Source: Chloroflexota bacterium
GTDB lineage: Bacteria > Chloroflexota > Dehalococcoidia > Lucifugimonadales > JADFKI01
Assembly (NCBI GenBank): GCA_022565015.1
Contig: JADFKI010000001.1
Span: 1-40,355 of the forward strand
Length of the DNA stretch: 40,355 nucleotides
Direction: 5' to 3'
Every line of letters begins with the position of its first letter. The stretch's first letter is position 1. This document shows, piece after piece, positions 35,745-40,355 of this stretch. The notes beneath the pieces are model-generated. The model saw only the letters and a program-made list of their open reading frames with translations. It was not told the origin of the DNA and did not search any database. Made by a program: the position numbers and the translations under genes.

Positions 35745-37067
35745 ATGAAGGTCGGCATAATAGGCGCGGGCGCGACCGGTCTGACGGCCGCATACGACCT
35801 CGGCAAGATGGGACACGAGGCCATAGTGTACGAACGCGCCCCGTTCGTAGGCGGGCAGGCCTCGACGTTCGACGTGGGCGGCGCGCGCCTCGAACGAGGC
35901 TACCACCACTGGTTCACCAACGACACCGACATCATCGAGCTGGTAAAAGAGATCGGCCTGGGCGACCGGATCCGATGGATAGCGTCCACGGTCGGCACCC
36001 TCTACGACGGCAAGATCTACCGGTTTGTCACCCCCCTGGACCTGCTGAAGTTCAAGCCGCTGAGCATGGCAGACCGCATCCGCATGGGCCTGGTCACGCT
36101 CTATCTTCAGCGGCAAAAGAGCTGGCGAAAGTACGAGGGCATCACCGCCGACGAATGGCTCCGCAGGCACGCGGGCAAGGGCCCATACGAGGCGTTTTGG
36201 GGCCCCATGCTCAGGGGCAAGTTCGGCGACAAATTCTTCGACAAGGTGGGCATGCCCTGGGTCTGGAGCAAGATACAGACCAGGGTTGCTTCTCGCGGCA
36301 AGGGCATGGTCAAGGAGGTGCTCGGCTACCCCATCGGCAGCTTTGGCGAGGTCTTCGACGTCCTGACGGATAAGGTACGAGAGCTGGGCGGACAGGTGCA
36401 CATCTCGGCTTCAGTGGACCGAATAGTCATCGAGGGCGGCAGGGTCACGGGGCTCGAGGTTTCCACTGGTCAAGAAGCCGCCAAGCTGGAAAATTTTGAT
36501 GCCGTGATCGCGACCACGCCGTCTTACATCTTCCCAAAGCTTGTCCCCGAGCTGCCCGACGACTATCTGGCAAAGCTGACCGGCCTGGACTACCTGTCCG
36601 CCGTGCTCATTATCCTGGAGCTGGACAGGTCGCTGTCGCCGGTCTACTGGCTGAATGTCGCCGACCGCTCAATTCCCTTCGTCGGCGTTATCGAGCACAC
36701 CAGGCTCATAGGACCTGAGCACTACGGCGGCAAGCACATCGTGTACCTCGCCAACTATCTAAGCACGGACCATCCGATGTACATGATGGGCCATGAAGAG
36801 CTGCTCAAGGCCTACGAGCCGCACCTGCGCAAGATCAACCCCGACTTCGATCCGTCCTGGATAGGCAAGAGCTACCACTACCGTGTCGACGCCGCGCAGC
36901 CCATCATAGGCACCAATTATTCTTCACGAATGCCCTCGCACCGCACGCCGTTCGACGGCCTGTATCTGGCGAACACTACGCAGATATATCCCGAGGACCG
37001 GGGCACGAACTACAGCGTACGCATGGGAAGGCAGCTCGCCCGCATGGTAGCCGAGGATATTGCGTAG
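35745..37067 (+). CDS. FAD/NAD(P)-binding oxidoreductase (amine-oxidase / phytoene-desaturase-like)
   Basis: MKVGIIGAGATGLTAAYDL...VYERAPFVGG dinucleotide fold. It starts 3 nt after the stop of the preceding gene. Confidence 0.85.
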   Translation: MKVGIIGAGATGLTAAYDLGKMGHEAIVYERAPFVGGQASTFDVGGARLERGYHHWFTNDTDIIELVKEIGLGDRIRWIASTVGTLYDGKIYRFVTPLDLLKFKPLSMADRIRMGLVTLYLQRQKSWRKYEGITADEWLRRHAGKGPYEAFWGPMLRGKFGDKFFDKVGMPWVWSKIQTRVASRGKGMVKEVLGYPIGSFGEVFDVLTDKVRELGGQVHISASVDRIVIEGGRVTGLEVSTGQEAAKLENFDAVIATTPSYIFPKLVPELPDDYLAKLTGLDYLSAVLIILELDRSLSPVYWLNVADRSIPFVGVIEHTRLIGPEHYGGKHIVYLANYLSTDHPMYMMGHEELLKAYEPHLRKINPDFDPSWIGKSYHYRVDAAQPIIGTNYSSRMPSHRTPFDGLYLANTTQIYPEDRGTNYSVRMGRQLARMVAEDIA

Positions 37068-37180
37068 ATGGCAATCATGAAAAACAGATTGAGAAAAGCA
37101 GTCCATGTTGCTTTGTCGTGGAGTAGCCCTTATCCTATAAGGTGATATTTTTCACTACCGGACGACGGAGGAAACGCCAC

Positions 37181-37666
37181 TTGGCCGCCGAGAGTGAGGC
37201 ACTCAGGGAACGCATTCGCAAGGCGATGGCGTCCCAGACTCAATCTAATATCAACGTCCTCTCTTCATTGCATGCCGTACTGGACGAGTTGGGCTACGTC
37301 CCAGACGAGGCAATTGAAGAGGTCGCCGAGTCGACTGGAACAACTATCAATACCGTATGGGGCGTCGCCTCCTTTTACACGAACTTCCGGTTTACTCCGC
37401 CGGGCGATCATATCGTCGAGATCTGCTGGGGGCCGACCTGCCATCTGCTGGGCGCCACGATCATTCTGCAGGGCGTGCTGGACGATCTCGGCATGTCTGA
37501 TGAGGGCGATACGGCGGATAACAGGCTGACTCTAAAGTACAACACCTGCCTGGGGGCTTGTTCCCAGGCTCCCGTAATTAGCGTCGATCACCGTTTGATG
37601 GGACGCCAGACCGTTGAATCCGCACGAAGTATCGTTTCTCAGTTGAAGCCGGGCGGGGGCCACTGA
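37181..37666 (+). CDS. NuoE-like [2Fe-2S] thioredoxin-fold subunit of an NAD-linked oxidoreductase
   Basis: C-x4-C ... C-x3-C (ICWGPTCHLLG ... CLGACSQAP). Start proposed at TTG 37181 (GGAGG 9 nt upstream); the track ORF opens at 37142. Confidence 0.85.
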   Translation: MAAESEALRERIRKAMASQTQSNINVLSSLHAVLDELGYVPDEAIEEVAESTGTTINTVWGVASFYTNFRFTPPGDHIVEICWGPTCHLLGATIILQGVLDDLGMSDEGDTADNRLTLKYNTCLGACSQAPVISVDHRLMGRQTVESARSIVSQLKPGGGH

Positions 37667-37709
37667 CCCCTTCCCTCCGCACAGTAGTGTCATGTAGCGT
37701 AATTAACGA

Positions 37710-39473
37710 ATGACGACAGAAGAAGCTCAGTCCCGATATCAGCTGCTCAAGGCACAGGCCGACCAGAGATGGCAGGCCCTTACGGCGGGCGACCGCCCAT
37801 GGATTCGCGTTGGTACGGCGATGTGCGGGCATGCGGCCGGAGCGCACCAAGTCGTAGAAGCGCTCAGGGCAGAGCTCGACAAGAGGGGCTTCCAGGTCCG
37901 CATGAGTGAGGTCGGCTGTCTGGGCATCTGCTATGCCGAGCCTCTTATCGACATCCTCAAGCCCGGCGGGTCCAGGCTATTTTTCGGAAACGTTGCGCCG
38001 GAGGACGCTCCGGAGATCGTGCGCTCATTCGTAGTCAACGACTACGACGCCGGCGGCCATGAGAAGGTGTTGGGATACCTGGGCGAGAAGCCCATCGCGG
38101 GGTTGAGAGACGTTGGCGAAATTCCCGGAATCAAGCTGCAGCAGCGAATCGCCCTCCGCAACGCAGGCCATATCGCGCCCGGGGACATACGCCAGTACAT
38201 CGCCAACGGTGGTTACGCCGGTCTGAACAAGGCCCTGTTTGAGATGCAGCCGGAAGATGTCATCAAAGAGGTAACGGACTCCGGGCTTCGCGGCAGAGGA
38301 GGCGCCGCCTTCCCCACGGGCGTGAAGTGGAGCTTCATGGTGCGGTCGGACCCCCCAAAATACATCCTGTGCAACTGCGAGGAGGGGGACCCCGGCGCCT
38401 ACAACGACAAGGGAATCCTGGAGAGCGATCCTTACACCGTGCTGGAAGGCATGTGCATCGCCGGGTACGCCACGGGCGCGACGAACGGGTTCGTCTTCAT
38501 ACGCCATGGCCACGACGGCCCCATAAGCCGCACCGAAAGGGCCATCGAGCAGGCCTACGAACAGGGCCTGCTCGGCAAGAATATCCTGGGCTCTGAATTT
38601 AGCTTCGATATCGAGGTGGCCTTGACCGGCGAGTCCTACGTTGCCGGAGAGGAGACCGCCATGATGGAGTCTATCGAAGGCAAGCGAGCGCTGCCGCGAT
38701 TTCGCCCACCCTTCCCGGCGGCCTTCGGCCTCTGGGGCAAGCCCAGCACCATTAACAACGTTAAGAGCCTCGCATACGCGCCGGAGATAATCTCCAGGGG
38801 CGCGGAGTGGTTCTCTTCAATCGGAGTGAACCGGAGCACTGGAACGGCCATAGCGTGCCTCAACGGAAACATTAAGTACCCTGGGATGTACGAGGTCCCC
38901 ATGGGTATGACGCTGGGAGAGGTCATCAACGATATCGGCGGCGGCGTGCCCAACGGCAAGCAGCTGAAGATGCTCCAGACCGGCGGGCCTCTGGGCGGCG
39001 TGTTGAGCGCCGAGAGCATGAACGTGCATATCGATTTTGACGAGATGCGCGAGGCCGGGGCGATATTCGGCTCCGGCGGCATCATCGTCATAGACGAGGA
39101 CACCTGCGCCGTGGACATTACCCGCGTTCTCGTGGCCTTCTGCCAGTACGAGTCCTGCGGCAAATGCTTCCCGTGCCGGCTGGGAATGGAGCACCTGCTG
39201 GAGATCATCGAGCGCATCGCCAGGTGCGAGAGTCAGCCGGGCGACCTCGATCTCATGCGCAGCGTCGGCGGAACCATGGAAGCCAGCTCGCTCTGTGGAC
39301 ACGGTCAGCTCGGATTCGGTCCGATACGCTCGGCATTCCTGAACTTCGAGGCGGACTTTATCGCCCATATCGAAGAGAAGCGTTGCCCCACGGGCAGCTG
39401 CAACAAGCCGATGATTTCGCCCAAGAATACGAGGCCGTACGCCGCGGACTTCGTTCCACAGGGCGTTTCATAG
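37710..39473 (+). CDS. NuoF-like NAD(H)/FMN-binding [4Fe-4S] subunit with an N-terminal thioredoxin-like domain
   Basis: GLRGRGGAAFPTG (FMN site), ESCGKCFPCRLG (4Fe-4S); 587 aa. Confidence 0.9.
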   Translation: MTTEEAQSRYQLLKAQADQRWQALTAGDRPWIRVGTAMCGHAAGAHQVVEALRAELDKRGFQVRMSEVGCLGICYAEPLIDILKPGGSRLFFGNVAPEDAPEIVRSFVVNDYDAGGHEKVLGYLGEKPIAGLRDVGEIPGIKLQQRIALRNAGHIAPGDIRQYIANGGYAGLNKALFEMQPEDVIKEVTDSGLRGRGGAAFPTGVKWSFMVRSDPPKYILCNCEEGDPGAYNDKGILESDPYTVLEGMCIAGYATGATNGFVFIRHGHDGPISRTERAIEQAYEQGLLGKNILGSEFSFDIEVALTGESYVAGEETAMMESIEGKRALPRFRPPFPAAFGLWGKPSTINNVKSLAYAPEIISRGAEWFSSIGVNRSTGTAIACLNGNIKYPGMYEVPMGMTLGEVINDIGGGVPNGKQLKMLQTGGPLGGVLSAESMNVHIDFDEMREAGAIFGSGGIIVIDEDTCAVDITRVLVAFCQYESCGKCFPCRLGMEHLLEIIERIARCESQPGDLDLMRSVGGTMEASSLCGHGQLGFGPIRSAFLNFEADFIAHIEEKRCPTGSCNKPMISPKNTRPYAADFVPQGVS

Positions 39474-39540
39474 ATGAGACGTGCCGCGCGAAGCACCTGG
39501 GTCCACCTGATTACGTCCCTCCCGTGTTTCGGAGACCTAT

Positions 39541-40355
39541 ATGGCAACAGATGAGATTACAGTCACTATAGACGGAGTCGAGGTAAAGACTCAGCCGGGC
39601 AAGATGGTCATCGAGGCCGCCATGGACGCCGGGATGTACATCCCATACCTGTGCTACTATCCCGGCTTGAAGCCCTACGGTGCGTGCAGGATGTGCCTCG
39701 TAAAGGCTGAGGCGCCCACGCCTAACGGTGAATACAGGGCGCTGCCGGGAAGCCCGGCTTCGTGCACCACGCCCGTCTCGGACGGCATGCGCGTGATCAC
39801 GAACTCCGACGAGCTCGTGGAGCTCCGACGGGGAATCATGGACATGGTGATCTCCGAACATCCCCACGGGTGCCTGACGTGCCATCGCATCGATCTCTGC
39901 GGCCCGTCGGACACCTGCCTGAGGCACGTTTCCGTCAACGACCGCTGCGTCACCTGCCCGAAGAACGAACGCTGCGAGCTAAAAGACACCGTCCGATTTC
40001 TCGAAATGGACATGGATTCGCCCCTGGTATACAACAACCGCCACCTGCCCCTGGCGGTCAGCGACCCCTATTGGGAAATGGACATGAACCTTTGCATCGT
40101 CTGCGTGCGATGCGTCCGCGCGTGCGACGAGATACGGGGAGATAATGCGCTGACGCTTCTGGAGCGCTCCGGACGTACCCTCATAGGCACGTCGCAAGGC
40201 ACATCGCTGCTGGAGTCGGGCTGCGAGTTCTGCGGGGCCTGCATCGACGTCTGCCCAACGGGCGCTCTGGTGGAGCGCGACAACAAGTGGGAGAAGGCGG
40301 TCAAAACAATCACCACGACGTGCCCGCACTGCCCGGTCGGGTGTCAGCTAAAGCT
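39541..40355 (+). CDS. NuoG/FdhA-like Fe-S molybdopterin oxidoreductase catalytic subunit; N-terminal 271 codons, runs off the right edge
   Basis: Not in the track because it is edge-truncated. GGAGA SD upstream. Contains a 2Fe-2S ferredoxin domain (CYYPGLKPYGACRMC), an HxxxCxxC site, two CxxCxxCxxxC ferredoxin motifs, and CPHCPVGC, which opens the MopB domain. Confidence 0.85.
   Translation, partial: MATDEITVTIDGVEVKTQPGKMVIEAAMDAGMYIPYLCYYPGLKPYGACRMCLVKAEAPTPNGEYRALPGSPASCTTPVSDGMRVITNSDELVELRRGIMDMVISEHPHGCLTCHRIDLCGPSDTCLRHVSVNDRCVTCPKNERCELKDTVRFLEMDMDSPLVYNNRHLPLAVSDPYWEMDMNLCIVCVRCVRACDEIRGDNALTLLERSGRTLIGTSQGTSLLESGCEFCGACIDVCPTGALVERDNKWEKAVKTITTTCPHCPVGCQLK

Noticed and set aside
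1-40355. Looked for tRNA/rRNA genes (GGTTCGAATCC-type T-arms), CRISPR arrays, IS elements or transposases, and integrases
   Set aside because: No T-arm consensus, no regularly spaced direct repeats and no transposase or integrase motifs were seen in any listed ORF. An eye scan can miss divergent examples.

Overview
High-GC (by eye about 60%) bacterial chromosomal segment. It is probably Chloroflexota; that is inferred from the Chlor_Arch_YYY/TIGR03663 gene pair and an F420-type PPOX gene. No search tools were used, so every call rests on motifs read in the ORF translations and on my own reading of the DNA. In window order:
- a CheW fragment at the left edge, a frameshifted HIT gene, a D-2-hydroxyacid dehydrogenase, a GNAT and an unannotated 52-aa SEC-C protein
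- a complete GS-GOGAT operon (glnA-gltB-gltD, minus strand)
- a 1.3-kb gene-poor spacer holding a small orphan transcription unit
- an alpha/beta hydrolase, a tandem USP, an SDR, a lower-GC block with a YdjM-like hydrolase, and an amidohydrolase
- a FIST protein, then a lower-GC cassette pairing a SAM-methyltransferase with a PD-(D/E)xK-like protein
- an SDR, Mug, ThpR, a zinc-ribbon protein, a sortase, and LysR divergent from an unannotated 56-aa ORF
- PPOX, FtsY, an RraA-like gene and a RelE/ParE toxin-antitoxin pair
- a four-gene membrane cluster (DUF2298 'YYY' protein, TIGR03663 GT-C-like protein, UPF0104 flippase-like protein, FAD oxidoreductase)
- the start of a NuoE/NuoF/FdhA-like NAD-linked oxidoreductase operon

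No tRNA, rRNA, CRISPR array or transposase was recognised. The most interesting items are:
1. the YYY/TIGR03663/flippase-like/flavoenzyme cluster, whose function is unknown
2. a seven-copy structured intergenic repeat family with compensatory arm changes and a conserved AGAGGGGGT tail
3. the lower-GC nuclease-like plus methyltransferase cassette
4. several small ORFs and regulatory structures below the ORF-track threshold
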